This document shows positions 12,775 through 26,139 of a stretch of 64,000 bases of DNA, piece after piece; position 1 is the first letter of the stretch; the number at the start of each line of letters is the position of its first letter. This DNA is from Macrostomum lignano (Eukaryota), in contig NIVC01001784.1 of NCBI GenBank assembly GCA_002269645.1, forward strand, positions 1-64,000. Direction: 5' to 3'. A program made the position numbers and the translations under genes. The notes under the pieces were generated by a model. It was not told the origin of the DNA and searched no databases. It was given only the letters and a program-made list of their open reading frames with translations.

Positions 12775-13929
12775 CTCGTGCTCCATGTGACGCATATTGC
12801 ATCACCCACAGTTGAGACGAAGCCATCGCGTAAATTGCGTCACTTAAGTCTGAGATCTGAGAAAAGTTGACCACTTGTGTTTGGGTGGAAACTTTAAAAT
12901 GTTGCTGAGTGTATATCAATATTTTCGAGCATTGGTACGTGTGCTCTTAAATGCTTAAACGACTTAGCGTCAAAACGAAAAGCGACGTCAAATTCCGAGT
13001 TTTTTAATTCAAAATTCAATGAAATAAACGCGGTTTGTTGTTTCTTAGAATTGTTCGATAAATGAATCATCCACTTTTTGCCTATTCATTCGGAGGGTGG
13101 ACATTTTGGGCGTACAAACAAGTGTGCATGTATCACTTGCTGATTATATTATTATACTACATGCGTAGAGATATTGTACAGTTAGAGAAGGCTTGAAGGG
13201 ATCATGGCTTGCCGTGAATCAGCTACGCACGTGCACACTTGTTGCATTTTATGATATAAAATGACTTTGACCTGCCGTTCTCTGTTATCAGCGGCAAAGT
13301 TTCTCTGAAGCGTTTAAACTCGCAACTGCAGCCTGTTAATCGGGACGCTATACTCGTATGAGTTGATACACAGCTAGGTGTAGGCATATAGCTATACTAT
13401 ACGTTTTAAATCACCGTGTGACCCTTCAGATATCGCTTCGCAATTCCAACCAAGGTTGATGGGTGCATAGCTACCAGCTATATATAACCCAGTAGAGTTC
13501 CTAGTAGGGTGCCAAAGCTGTCCATCAGAGCTAGCCAAAGCTATACATTTAGCTATACTTTTGCATGTTAAAATTTTGATTGTTAGGATTGTAAGGATCA
13601 CTTTTCAAGGTAAGCTCGGTGATCATATACTTCTTTCTGCGGGATATTATCTAGTCATGTCAAAAACAGATAATTTAAATGTGGTTGGTCCTCTAAACTT
13701 CCGTTTCTTTATAGAATGAAGCTGAACCGGGGCAAAAATTAAGATGAATAATTTGGATCGACAAAAAGAAGACGCGTCTGCACGTGACGAATTCATATTG
13801 TTGACATAATACTAATGCAATTTTTTTAAAGTATTTAAGCTACAATGATTTTATGAAACTATATTTTTGCACGCAACTTAAAAAAATTGTATTTTTATCA
13901 ACGTACCGATGTAAGTATATACGAGCAGC

Positions 13930-14540
13930 TATACTGTCCGTCAGGAGTTCCGGAGCCCTTGCTACAATGTCTTCTAGCGGACATAATTTCAGTCCGTTTC
14001 AATTGTAACTTGATTCAAATGAAAGCTGCGGATCTCAGCTCCATGATGTGGTCAAGAAAAAGTTTATTCGAAGGAGCGCGTGTGAACAGGCCAGTGTTAT
14101 GTACATAAAGGTTAGAGAAAAAAAGTGAGGAAAAGACAAACAAGCAATTGTCTATGGTTGCTGAGTCTATGGAGCAAACACACATGGGAAGGAATCGGTT
14201 TGCGCGCAGTGTTCAGCCTGGCTAACATTAGTCTATGGCCAAAACTTGTGTTGAAATCAACAGGCTCTTATGGATTCTTGTGCAGTCAGCTTTAATGGGA
14301 GAGTAAAAAAGAGTAAAAATAATTGCTTGTTTGTCTTTTCCTTACTTTTTTTCTCTGACCTTTATGTACATAACACTGGCCTGTTCACACGCGCTCCTTC
14401 GAATGGACTTTTTCTTGACCACATCATGGAGCTGAGATCCGCAGCTTTCATTTGAATCAAGTTGCAATTGAGACGGACTGAAATTGTGTCCGCTGGAAGA
14501 CATCGTGGCAGGGGTTCCGGAACTTTTGACGGACAGTATA
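13930..14540. mobile_element. 611-bp foldback/MITE with 220-bp inverted arms
   Basis: 13930-14149 is the reverse complement of 14321-14540 with scattered mismatches. Spacer is 171 bp. Both ends read TATACTGTCCGTCA, compatible with a TA target site. Confidence 0.85.
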
Positions 14541-15458
14541 ATTGATTCTGTAATAGTATCCACTACAAATTGATTAAATGTTCTTATGATACTACTATTA
14601 GTTCGCCGCTTGTATGTTTTGCTCCTACAGAAAGCCTGAATGAATTTATTTTTCTTCAATATTTTTAGCTGCTTCGATCGAAGTAATGTCGTGTGACTGC
14701 ATAATACTTCTGTACAGAAATTCGCGAACTATACGCTACTCACTACTACTTACTGATGGTAATGTTGTGACAGTAGAGCTCATATTTTACTGCCGCGAGT
14801 CAGTTACGAAATCGAGCAAACTTTTTGTAATTATGTTTTGTGCGAATCAATATAGTCGAGCATGGACTCGAACCCGGATAGAGAAGTCAACTGATCGAGG
14901 TCAAAGCCCCTCTCTTAAGTGTCAAGTTTAAATGTGTCAAGCACTTTTGTCTCCTTAGGTTCCAACGTATTTCTCAGCTATCATGCATAAATTCAAATGA
15001 GAAGCAGACGCGAAAAAAGCAGAAAGCAGGAAAGCTTACGAGCTATCAACAAAGAAAGCCTCGCCAATCTAAGTAATTCTTAATTATTTACTTAGCATAG
15101 TAGCCATTATATCATAAACGTGCATGTAAATAACGTATAGCATAGAGGACGCTTGTGAAGATAAATTACATGCATGCGTATCTTTCGCGTAGCTATACAG
15201 GTAAATGCCTATGTGCAAACCTGTGCAAACAAAAAACAATAGTTGGATGGTACGAGCGAATCTTTACAGTAGTTTATTGCAACTTTATGAGCCTGGAACC
15301 TTTCGAAACCTGGCAACTTAAAGCAGCACCTCATGCTTTCGAAGGTACTAGAACCTGGCCTGACAGTTGGAGTTGTATCGACGCCGCAACGGAGGTTGCT
15401 TGGATGCATGGGATTCAAGATGCTGATGCTGAATGCAAGCGTCAGAAGATTACAAGCA

Positions 15459-16316
15459 TTAGAACGCAGTCCACCGAATTGATTGCGAAAGCTGCAGTCC
15501 GCAGGCGCCGCTGCCGTTGCCGTTGTACGCGTCGCATTCTTCGGTTGCGATAAACTGATTAGCACCACCGGACGAAGCTCTCGTCAGCTGACCGCAGCTA
15601 CCCAGCGACGGCGGCGGCGGTGGCGGAGGCGGCGAGCGCTTTTTTCGACAGCAGCCGCTGTCCAGGCAGCGCTGGAAGGCCGGCTGGCCGTCTGCGTCGC
15701 ATAGCAGGAATGCGGTTGGAGCGAATCCTTCCACACCATCGCTAAGGCGGCGGACCCGCAGCCAATCTGGCCGACGCTCGCTGCAGTCGATGGCCAGTAT
15801 TTTCTCTTCGGCTGACAGGGCCAGCTCGTCCGGGCTATTGGGCGACGGCGAATAGGCGAATACGACTGTGAAGGCGAGGCCGCGGCACGGACGGCGGTGT
15901 GGGTTCTGCAGGAGCGTCTGCTGCTGCATCTGCTGCTCGATCTGTAAATCAATGCCAAGGCCTGAGTCTTCGCGACTGCAGCAGGTGCCGAGAGACGCTG
16001 CGGGACGTAACGGATGCGTCGCAGCCGCAGGCTGGTTGAGCCGCTGCTGCTGGGTGAGGCACTGCTTGAATTGCTGGAGCTGGTTGGGTTGCTGTTGTTG
16101 TCTGGTTTTTTGGTGCTGGTCCTGGTTAGGCCGCTGCAGGTGACGGTGCTGTGGATGAAGCGGCTGCTGATTTTGCTTGAACAGTCGAATATGCATGTAT
16201 TTATAGCCACACTTCATGCATGCATGTAGTACACGTACCGTTTCACTTGAAGCAGGCTGTAGCGACTCGCTCGATGCGCCCTTAGTTTTATTTGAATGTT
16301 TCACAAACAAATTCAT
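15459..16316 (-). CDS. Q-rich protein with a single SH3 domain followed by a polyproline tract
   Basis: FTVVFAYSPSPNSPDELALSAEEKILAIDCSERRPDWLRVRRLSDGVEGFAPTAFL (~15870-15703) has the Y..EL..W..G..P pattern of SH3 domains. The 5' boundary is uncertain and this may be one exon of a larger gene. Confidence 0.65.
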   Translation of the reverse strand: MNLFVKHSNKTKGASSESLQPASSETVRVLHACMKCGYKYMHIRLFKQNQQPLHPQHRHLQRPNQDQHQKTRQQQQPNQLQQFKQCLTQQQRLNQPAAATHPLRPAASLGTCCSREDSGLGIDLQIEQQMQQQTLLQNPHRRPCRGLAFTVVFAYSPSPNSPDELALSAEEKILAIDCSERRPDWLRVRRLSDGVEGFAPTAFLLCDADGQPAFQRCLDSGCCRKKRSPPPPPPPPSLGSCGQLTRASSGGANQFIATEECDAYNGNGSGACGLQLSQSIRWTAF

Positions 16317-18339
16317 TTCAACAAAATAATAACTGTAATCCTCTAATTCTAAATACGAGCTGAATTTTGATTTTTAACTCAACAATATGCTGTCAACCCC
16401 GGAAATCAAGCTATCCAAGATTCACTGTGGAATGGTGCTTCACATTTCAAACATTCCAAGCCTGTTGCATTTATAATATAAGAATGTTTTTCTTCTTCCA
16501 GTGAGGCTGCGAAGCAAGAGGTAGAATTTGTTTTGCTTGCTGCTGGAGTTCATTCTACACTGTAGCGAGTCTGCATGGTTGGCTGGCTTTTTGAAATGCT
16601 TCTGTGTCAAGAGCGACAGATAATGCAGAGCCATGCAGTTAAGAGACTTGAGAGAGTCATTCCATAGGCGGGTTTGTCAATTTGTTTGTCAAAGCTGAAC
16701 CAACATGAGCAGTAAAAACTGATGGCAACAGAGGCCGCTCTTGCTGTAGTGGCTGCAGCAAATGCTCAATTCAACTGTGTCACTACTCAGAATTATGTAG
16801 CTAGACATTTGCACTGGTTCAGTGTGTGTTGCTTACAGCCAATTTATTAATTTTTACTGACACTTCAGTATATCTATAAAGCATGGTGAGGCTTGAGTCG
16901 CTTCACCATTCCACAACTACAGCACTGTCATAAAGTTTTTATGACGAAAAATGCAGAACACCTTTCTCTTTTTTACGGCTAACAATATATGCAGTAGAAA
17001 AGAACAAAATTTTAAAGAAGTCTTCTCTATGAAGGCAGAGACCCCCACAGTCTCCCCAGTCGATGCAAATGTACAGCCGAGCTCCCCATGAGCTCAAATT
17101 TTTTTCTAGCATAGATTGTTGGTTGATTTTTCAGTGAATTGTACAGTGAAGCAGTCAATTGTTCTCTCTCCGGATTTTACTTTCCTTTGCTAAGCTCAAA
17201 ATAGCTAGTAGTGGCTTGCGTAAAATGACATATACACTCGTAAATCGTTAATACGACCTTAAATGCGCCGACCCGACTTGTTCCTGCCAATTTTTTTTCC
17301 AAAAGTCAAACTTGAGCAGAATTAGTTTGTGCTTTTGTTGTATCCCACATATACACTTGTAACGATTGAAGTACTGGTGCAGTATTTTTAAATCCTGATT
17401 TAAAAAAAGTAAAATATTATCCGTTTTTTAGATTACTTTTTTCTCCAGTGGCCAGTTATCAAAGATTTTGTATCTGAGCGTTTTATTCACTTTACTAACG
17501 GTAAACAACTATCTACTCTACGATTTGCATGAAAAGCTTTAATCATTTTCACTAATGGAAAAATAACTGCAAGAAAAAAGCATCACATATCAACTGTTTT
17601 AGGGTCGAACACATGATGGTCATGGTTATTAGATTATATTTAACAAACAACATATCAACGACTGTTAAATTTGAAACCTTCTAATCAAAAACAAGCAGTA
17701 AGTTTTCTGTCAATAAAATGTACTAAAAATACCAAATATATGCTAACACTGCGAAGCTAAATAAATATATACTTGCGAGTTGCGGCTTTAAAGAAACGAA
17801 ACTTTTAGGTAAAACGTTTTAACATTTGTACAGCATGTAAAGTTCTATACAGGACAACAATAATCAATGAATAACGTATGGAATTTTAGCTACGAAACGT
17901 AGGCGGTAGGCATCCAAAGGGGCTATTGTTTAAGTAGAACCAATCTATTGAGTTTTTATTTATTATGGATGGGTAATTGGCAGCCGCTTATGCATATCAA
18001 GTGTTCGAATGACTTTTTTCTAGCAAAAATATATTGAATTTTACAAACAATTTGATTCTCTGCATGTCCGTGCCTAGCCCGGGTGGGTAAATTGGATAAA
18101 TGTTTTTGATTTTTAGTTTCTTGGCTTTTGCCATGTTAAAAATATTTGATATGTGAGAGCATTGTTGCTTTTAATTGATTTTTTCAAAGATTATCTAAAT
18201 AACATCCCAAATCCGCTTTTTTAGCTGAAGCCTGAAAAGATTTAACATAACAATTAGTGTTTAACCGCCCTTACTCTACTGCATTGTAAGGGCGGTTAAA
18301 CACTATTGATTTTCTTAGTTAAGTTTGGCCTGGGTGAGA

Positions 18340-18900
18340 ATTATCGATTGGCTAGTCAAGCTCCGGTGGGGCCTGACTTTTAATCGTTTTAAAAAACGTC
18401 GGCCGCTCACCGTCCCCCCGCCTAGGCTCTTTTTTATGACATTAACGTTTAAATTAATAGCCTTGCAGTGGGTTTGGTCTGGTTGAACATTATCGATTTT
18501 TTGGTTAGCCCGCAGTTCAGACCGGGCCTGACTTTTAATCGTTTTAAAAAAACGTCGGCCGCCCACCGTCCCCCCGCCCTAGGCTTTTTATGACATTAAC
18601 GTTTAAATTAATAATAGCCTTGCAGTGGGTTTGGTCTGGTTGAACATTATCGATTTTTGGTTAGCCCTGCAGTTCAGACCGGGCCTGACTGTTAATCGTT
18701 TTAAAAAAACGTCGGCCGCCCACCGTCCCCCCGCCCTAGGCTTTTTATGACATTAACGTTTAAATTAATAATAGCCTTGCAGTGGGTTTGGTCTGGCTGA
18801 ACATTATCGATTTTTGGTTAGCCCTGCAGTTCAGACCGGGCCTGACTGTTAATCGTTTTAAAAAACACTCTACCGTCTCTTTCAATCTGCTAGGCTCTTT
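18340..18900. repeat. ~157-bp tandem repeat, ~3.6 copies
   Basis: TTATCGATTTTTGGTTAGCCC starts at 18490, 18647 and 18804; a diverged copy starts at ~18341. Confidence 0.9.
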
Positions 18901-19784
18901 TATGACTTAAAGTTCAAATTGACTGACTTGAGAGAGTGCGCGTGGGTGAATAAATTTTTTTATCTTTTATCGATTTTTACAGCGGTCAATTCCTCTGGCC
19001 TCATGCCTGATTTCTTGTTTTAACACTGTTGAATTAGTCAGTAAAGTTCATTGTTGTTTCCGCTTTAGCATCTTTTGTAGAACTTATTACTAACAAGTTG
19101 AATTAATTCAATAAATCGTTATTGGAGCACCTAAACAGAACACACATTTCTTTCCGGAGACTCAGCCCGTACTTTAGACGCCAAAACCGTTAATCTTTAC
19201 AAATCTACAATCACACAACGCAAGCATATAAACGTAGATTATAAAATAACAAAACAAAGCTATTGTAGTGCAGTATAATATAGCAAACGATATTTGTGCT
19301 GTGCTGTGTAATAATATACATAATTAATCTATCAAAATATAGGAAATATATAATACTAAACGAAATAATTAACTGCATGCTTATAAATAAAGAAGGAAAT
19401 AGCTACAATATACTTCACTTAGGATCACTCTACTCAGGCAGTAGTATGAACCAAACTAGCGGAGTAGCCGCGACAGCAGTTTTTTGAGTGGCAAATTTAA
19501 GCTAATTAAATAAATATATTAGCGGGAAAAAGGACAAGAGGGGAATATCTAACATGACTAGTAAAAATATAATTCACGATGAAAGAAACGAAAGTATAAG
19601 ATTGTGTTTTATGTCAAACAGTGAGTAAAAAGTTTTTGCAATTCCTGTTAAGCCTTTCATTGTGGTTTAACAATGCAAAATTTGCCCCCCCCTCACCTCC
19701 CGTTTAGTTTTCACCGCCGAGTTTGTCCAGCGGCTACAGATTAAAACAAAACTTGCTCATCAACCAACCAAACAATCCAATCAA

Positions 19785-22251
19785 TCAATCGTTGAGCACT
19801 TTAAGCCGCTTGGCCACATCAAGATCGCCTTGCACTGCAATCCTGCCTGTAGCCACAGCCTGCCACATTGGCAGCCGGCCAGCTCGGAGATCGTCCAGAT
19901 CCGAGCACAGCAGAGTGATGACAACGTCCGGCGAGGAGTGCCGGCCACGCTCGGCCAGCTGGGCCGGACAGTCCAAATAGCAGGTAGCAACCTGCTGGCC
20001 ATTCTCGGACAGCAGACAGAACTGGTAGCTGGCCTCGCCTAGCTGACTTCGAATATCGTCAACGTGTAGAGCTCGACGCGCTTTGGCCAAGTATTCGTCC
20101 AGCTCAGGCAGAGCTGGCGGCCTCTCCTCATCTGCAGCGCCTGATTGATTGGGATGGAACTCTTAGACTTAAAGGTTGTTCTCAAATTTTTACAAGCTTT
20201 TCAACATTTTGACACGTCTGAACTCGAATTTACAATGATATTTTAGGGGAAATTCTAACCATAGAATTTTCCAGGAATATTCCAGGCCAAATTATCATGA
20301 AATTTTCCAGGCCAAATTATCGTGGAGTTTTCCAGGCCAAATTATCATGGAATATTCCAGGCCAAATTATCATTGAATTTTTCAGGCCAAATTATCATGG
20401 AATATTCCAGGCCAAATTATCATTGAATTTTCCAGGCCAAATTATCATGGAATTTTCCAGGCCAAATTATCGTGGAGTTTTCCAGGCCAAATTATCGTGG
20501 AATTTTCCAGGCTAATTTATCGTATAATTTTATCTGTATATTACTGCCATAATACTAAGGAATTCCCCAGGGAATATTATACTGCTTTAGGATATTATCT
20601 CAGGGTTTATGACGTAATTTATTGGAAATATTCCAGACCTAATTATTGCGAAATGAATGATGGAACGTTTCGCCACTATAAGTATTAAAAAACACATTAT
20701 TATAATCGTATTCTCGAACTCCCAGGTATCAAAGGTTTCCCAACTAATTTAGAATGATTTAGCATTCGTCTCTCTCTCTTACCAACATGCAGCTCAACCT
20801 GCGAAGTCGAGGCTTCGCCGCGACTGCCACCAGCGGCGGCCGCGGCGGCACCAGCGCTAGAGGAGGAAGCAGCGGCGGCTCCCCGTGCCATAGCGGCGGC
20901 CAGAGCGCCGGAGGGGCCAGAGGTGGCTGCCAGCTGGCCAAACAGATGCTGAGTCAGGGTGCCAAAGTCCACGCCCTCGGGCAGTGGCTTCCGAGGCGGC
21001 GGCTGGGACACGATGGTCATAGGGCCGAGGGCTACGCTGGTCACCTCGAGGCCCCACTGGCAAGCTTCGGCGTTGAGCGTCGCAACGATGTCGGCCTGCA
21101 TTCTGGTGGCCTTGTCGGCCAGATCGTCGGCGTCTTGACGAGCTACGTAGCGTTGCACTGTCACCTCGATTAGGTGGGACAGGGCCGTCCTATAAACGGG
21201 ATGGGTTAAATTGGCTGTCAGGTGGGTTAAATTGGGTGTCAGGTGGGTTAAATTTTGATTGTCAGGCGGGGGGGGGGCTGAATAGGTTGTCAGACGGTGT
21301 AAATTGGTTGTCAGATGCGTTAAATTGGGTGTCACGCGGGTTAAATTGACTGTCAAATATTGGGGGCCAAGGAAGTAAATTATGTTTTTTTCTGGTTTAA
21401 CTGCTTTAGCAGTGGTAATAAAAAGAAAATAGCACTCATAGTAGAAAGGGATTAGTTTTTCAGTTACCTGGGATCAGCAGTAGAAGTCACGGCCATCTCC
21501 GGCTCGCGAACTCGATAGACGGCTTCACCAGCAAAGCACACGATTCCTCGATCGGCAGTGAAAAATTCGCGCTCAGCAAAAGCAACCGATTTCGGGCGCA
21601 GATCGATCCGCTGCCAGCTATCGATGATTGGCAGGACGCAGGCATAGCCCGGGCCGGCCACGGGCTGGCGCATTCGGCCCAGCCGCATGCTGATTAGGCG
21701 CTCGTGGCTTTCCAACTTCTACAAGCAAGTTTTATTTTCAATTTTAGGGGCAAAAAATCTCAACTACTCTACTTGTAGTAAAAATGTTGAAAACAAAACG
21801 AGTTTTTTGCCGAAATATATTGATTAATTACCTTGACTGAAAACCAGCCCAAGACTGGGAACAGAAAGAGCACCATTATTAAGAATAGGCCCGTGATAAA
21901 AAAGTTGGCAATCTTCTCTGTCTGGCTGTAAGGCATTGGGGGATCTGAAATGAAAATTGTATAAATTTGTAGAATTTGAACATTAGCTGATTCGCAATAA
22001 AGGCGTGAAAATATATATTAGAGAAAAAATCAATCCTTACTAAGCTGTTGGGTTTTCCAATGCTTCCGATCGTCGCTATAAGTGAAGATGGACTTATACT
22101 TATTGCTGCTATCTTGGCCAGCATTGCTGCTGCTAGTTGCATTGGTTCTAAACAGCTCACCATTGCCCCCAAATTCAAAGGCAGTACCAAAGTCAAATGC
22201 CTCAGGGCGGGGCGGTTCCGGCGGTGGGTTAATGTTGACCTTCTTGTACAT
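19785..22251 (-). CDS. STOML1: Stomatin-like protein 1 / UNC-24 (hydrophobic hairpin + SPFH + C-terminal SCP2 sterol-carrier domain)
   Basis: Exons 22251-22041, 21944-21832, 21718-21468, 21189-20783 and 20140-19785 join in frame with GT-AG introns (phases 1,0,2,1). Hairpin FFITGLFLIMVLFLFPVLGWF. SPFH: HERLISMRLGR..GPG..VLPIIDSWQRIDLR..TADRG and WGLEVTSV. SCP2 end: PDVVITL..AVATGRIAVQGDLDVAKRL. Confidence 0.92.
20275..20515. repeat. 25-bp intronic minisatellite (TTTTCCAGGCCAAATTATCATGGAA)
   Basis: About 9-10 visible copies in STOML1 intron 4. Confidence 0.9.
21200..21355. repeat. ~21-bp intronic minisatellite (GGGTTAAATTGGNTGTCAGGT)
   Basis: Starts just inside the acceptor end of STOML1 intron 3. 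Confidence 0.8.
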
Positions 22252-25200
22252 GACTGCTGGAATTCACATGAAATTGAATTGATGCTTGGATTTTTTAATA
22301 AATATATTGACAATAGTACTATTTTGAAGTTAATAGGGAAGTTTAATTCATACCCTAAACAAAATAAAATATTAATGTAGAATTAGTGAAGCCTACTATG
22401 TTAATTTTTCAATATAAAAGACCATCAATAAAAGAAAATCAACTTGTATCTGACTACTTTTTTGTAATGAGTTTATTGCTTTTAAGTTATAAACTAGAGC
22501 ATTTAGTATTATTTATTTGAAAAGGTATCTTGCCTAGACCTAGATGTACTGTCTTACCCCTTGGAATTTTTCCTATTGCTCTAGAAGATATATGTAATCT
22601 GAATGAGAGAACAAACATTAACTTGTTTTTATTTACTTTAATTCAATTGCCAATGCATTTTGAGTGTTGACCCTTATAGGTCATTGTCAGGGCAGTAATG
22701 AAATTAAAAATTCTAATAAACAGTTGAATAAATATACCTGTGATAAGTTGAATACACAATATAAATTATTATATATAGTTTTCAATCAAAACAAGTTAAC
22801 ACACAGTGCAGTAGCGTATACTCCAAGCTAAAACATGTTGATTTGTTTGTTCTCTCATTTATTTTATTCCTATTTATTAAATGAGCTACTCTACCAGAAT
22901 ATATCTATTCTCTTAGAGATAAAAAGGCAATTGTTTTATTTGCCTATCAAGATTTGTCCACCAAGCTTTTCCTGCCAAGATTTGCCTAAAATGCTTTTTT
23001 TCTTGCAGCATATTTAGGCATGCATATGTATACGAATGCATTGCCTAATAATGCTTAGTAAGTCTTTTTTAAAAAGATTTAGATACTCTTATATGTTTAT
23101 AAGAGTATCTAAAAGTATCTAAAGAGTATCTATCTATTTGTCACAGTTTTAATTATAGAATTAAAACTGAAAACCCACAAAAATATGCATTTTGATTGTA
23201 TAAATCTCTTTATTAAGAAATACTATAAACATTGTAAGCAAACCTTGATAAGAAAAGCTCAGTGGAAAATTGGCTTGCAAGCAAAATGCAATAAAGGCAA
23301 TTATTGCCAGGCAATTTGTTTGCAAGCAATTCTTGTAGGTTGAACTCTTAAAATATAGTGCCAACTCTTATTATTATATTTAAATATACATAGCATAGGA
23401 CTGAGGCTAATAATACCAATGTTTTATCCAAGAAGTCTAAACAAGAAAAACTATTGGTTATGTCTTTGACTTTATTGACTTGATTTAAATATGACAAAGA
23501 CAAGGAAGATCAATATAATAGAAATAGGGCTTATGATATAGACCTTAGATATGCAAAAAATTAATTTATGGAGAATATGAGTTGCAACAAAAATTTATAA
23601 ATTTATGTAACGCTTTAAAAAAGGAGCCGCAGCAGTTTCTATACTAGTTAGGGCCTATGTTACATGCCACAAAATGTCACAAATCATTTATTTTATTCTA
23701 AACAGTTAGTAAATTTAAGCAGAACTCTCTGTTTTTACACAGTTAGAGTTAAGCTTGAAATTAGAAATCACTTTGTTTGTTACTTCGTCTTTGAGGCTTT
23801 TCATTTCATATTGAGGTGGTGGGGGCGGAGAAGAAAATAAAAATTTGGAAAAAAATTGAAATGGGGTTGTTCGGGTTTTCTTCGAAACCGGTTAGCGTTG
23901 CGTTCGCACGAATCAAGCCGGAAATCGCACCGATGAATCGCAACCAAATTCTTCTCCTGTTTTACTCCGACAGCCGGGGTCCTCAAGTTCCGGGGGGAGG
24001 GTAGTCGTAATCGTAGCGGAGCGGTCGTGTAGCGGCGAGGTCGTTCAAGTCGATGAAACACTGTAATCGGAGATTCCTGACACCGTAAAATAATGCGTCG
24101 AATAGCTGAGTTTGTTACTTTCAGTAGGGTAGTTGCTGCCACCACCGTGGAACGGATAAGTCTCAGAGCTATCTTTGAGATGAGAACTTGGTTGTTTTAC
24201 GCCCCACGGGCAAATGACTCAAATAAATACTATGGCTTATAGTTTAATGAATAAATGGGGCTTATCGTTTATTAAATGTTCCTTAAGATGGAATTGAGCA
24301 GGCTTACTACTTATTATTAAAATATTAATGACTACGAGCGAGTGTAATTCGTCGGCGGCGCCGGATAATTATAAACTGGTTAAAACGAGAGAAATGCGCA
24401 GAGGAAAATGTTTAAAACAGAGCCAGATCAGTAGAGCAGAGGGGAAAAAACTCTTACATTATCGCACCAAAAGGTAGGGTTTATATAACAGGTAAAAGTA
24501 GCTCTCCCGCTGGAGCAGTGACGGGACTAAGCAATGGATGCGCACTGCACAAGCGCTGGATCGAGCAAAAAATAAACCGTGGGGAGCGCATTCCAACAAA
24601 TGAACCAGCACCTGGGAACGAACGCGCACCGCGTGGAAAATACAATGGAAAACGCAATGGACGCGAATCCAGACTCTGGAGGGCAAACAAGGGAACACCA
24701 CACGGGCAGTTCCAACAGGCAAAATTTGTCACCGTTTCGAACTTCAAATCAATAGTGGCATCCGCCTGCCACAATATTACTAATTCCAGAATCAGAATCG
24801 GTTCGGATCTTCCAAGAAAAACAGCAGTATAACTATTTAATTCTGTTGAATGTTTGACTGCCTTAACAGCCTCACTTTGCACAATTTTTCACTTTCTTCT
24901 TGGCGATTGTCATTCAATAATAAAAACTTTATAGCACGTATCTCCCTCTAGTTATGGAGACAAAAAGTTATATTTCACAAATTGGTTCTGGTTCTGGAAC
25001 CAGAACAAGCAATACGAAAAGGCCAATATATGTTGTCTGTATGCACAAAATGCATGCCTGCATGCAGGAATCGCACATGATGTTTATTTTTTTGTTCTGA
25101 CTGAAAGCAAAATATCATGCAGCAGGGAAACGAAAGAATGCCCATTTTGATATTTGTCCGGTTAAATTGATATTTTATGCTAGGCCTACAGAAACTACAA

Positions 25201-25694
25201 GCCTAAGGGTGAATATTCCTGGACTTCAACAGACTTCTCACTTGTATATTGATTAGGCTATTAGTTGTTTTATTTGTATATGTCTTATATACCAAATTAT
25301 GCTGAATCGCATATGTATTACACATATCTGCTTGCGCTTTGCTTGCACTAGTATATAACGAAATATTAATCAGGACAGGAGAAAAGGACTTAAAATTCTA
25401 GAATATTTATCACTAAATAAATAGATACTTGTGTTAGCAATTTAACTAGACAAATAGGAAAAGCCATTTGTCCAGTCACCTGACAAATAACAACTGCCAT
25501 TTTATTTTAATAGGCCTAATAAAAATAGGCCTATATATTCAACATTTTTCTTTTTTGTAGCAATAGTAAATTAAATTGAATTTAATATTATTGTCATAGG
25601 CCTTAGCTCTATTTCCACCCCACCATTAACACTAAGTTGTCTTAAAGCTTTTGTTTCTGCACTAAAATTATTAGATATCAGTTGTTTTAATTTA

Positions 25695-26139
25695 GGCAGT
25701 TGTTATTTGTCCGGTGACCAGTGCCTTTTTGCTATTTGTCTGGTTAAATTACTAACACAAGTATCTATTTGTTTCGTGATATATATTTTAGATGTTTAAG
25801 ACCTTTTCTTGTATACTGATTAATTTTCTTGTATACTAGACCTAGTGTAAGCAAAGCAGTGTATTCAGTTTGGCATAATTTGGTGTATAAGACCCACACT
25901 AGTATAACAACATAATAATCAAGATACAAGTAAGAAGTCTTTGTAGTCTAGGAATATTTACCCTTGTAGTTTCTATGAAATAGATATTTTAGCAATATCA
26001 ATTTTACTGGACAAATAACAAAATGCCTATTGATTTGTCCAGTATTAACCGGATGAATAGGAAAGCATAGTCATTATCCAGTAACTGGAAAAATAACCAC
26101 ATCGCTATTCATCTGGTCACCGGACAAATAACAACTGCC
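25695..26139. mobile_element. 445-bp non-autonomous TIR element with a 9-bp TSD (MULE-like); a truncated relative lies at ~25150-25499
   Basis: TIR GGCAGTTGTTATTTGTCCGGTGACCAG at both ends. TTTAATTTA is duplicated at 25686-25694 and 26140-26148. ~25150-25260 is similar to the reverse complement of ~25915-26035, and a TIR-like end sits at ~25465-25499. Confidence 0.85.

Noticed and set aside
23800-24900. Possible LTR-element remnant with minus-strand TGGTGGCAGC resembling a tRNA-Leu primer-binding site (~24135-24145)
   Set aside because: The match is only 10 nt, and there is no paired LTR or recognisable gag/pol motif.
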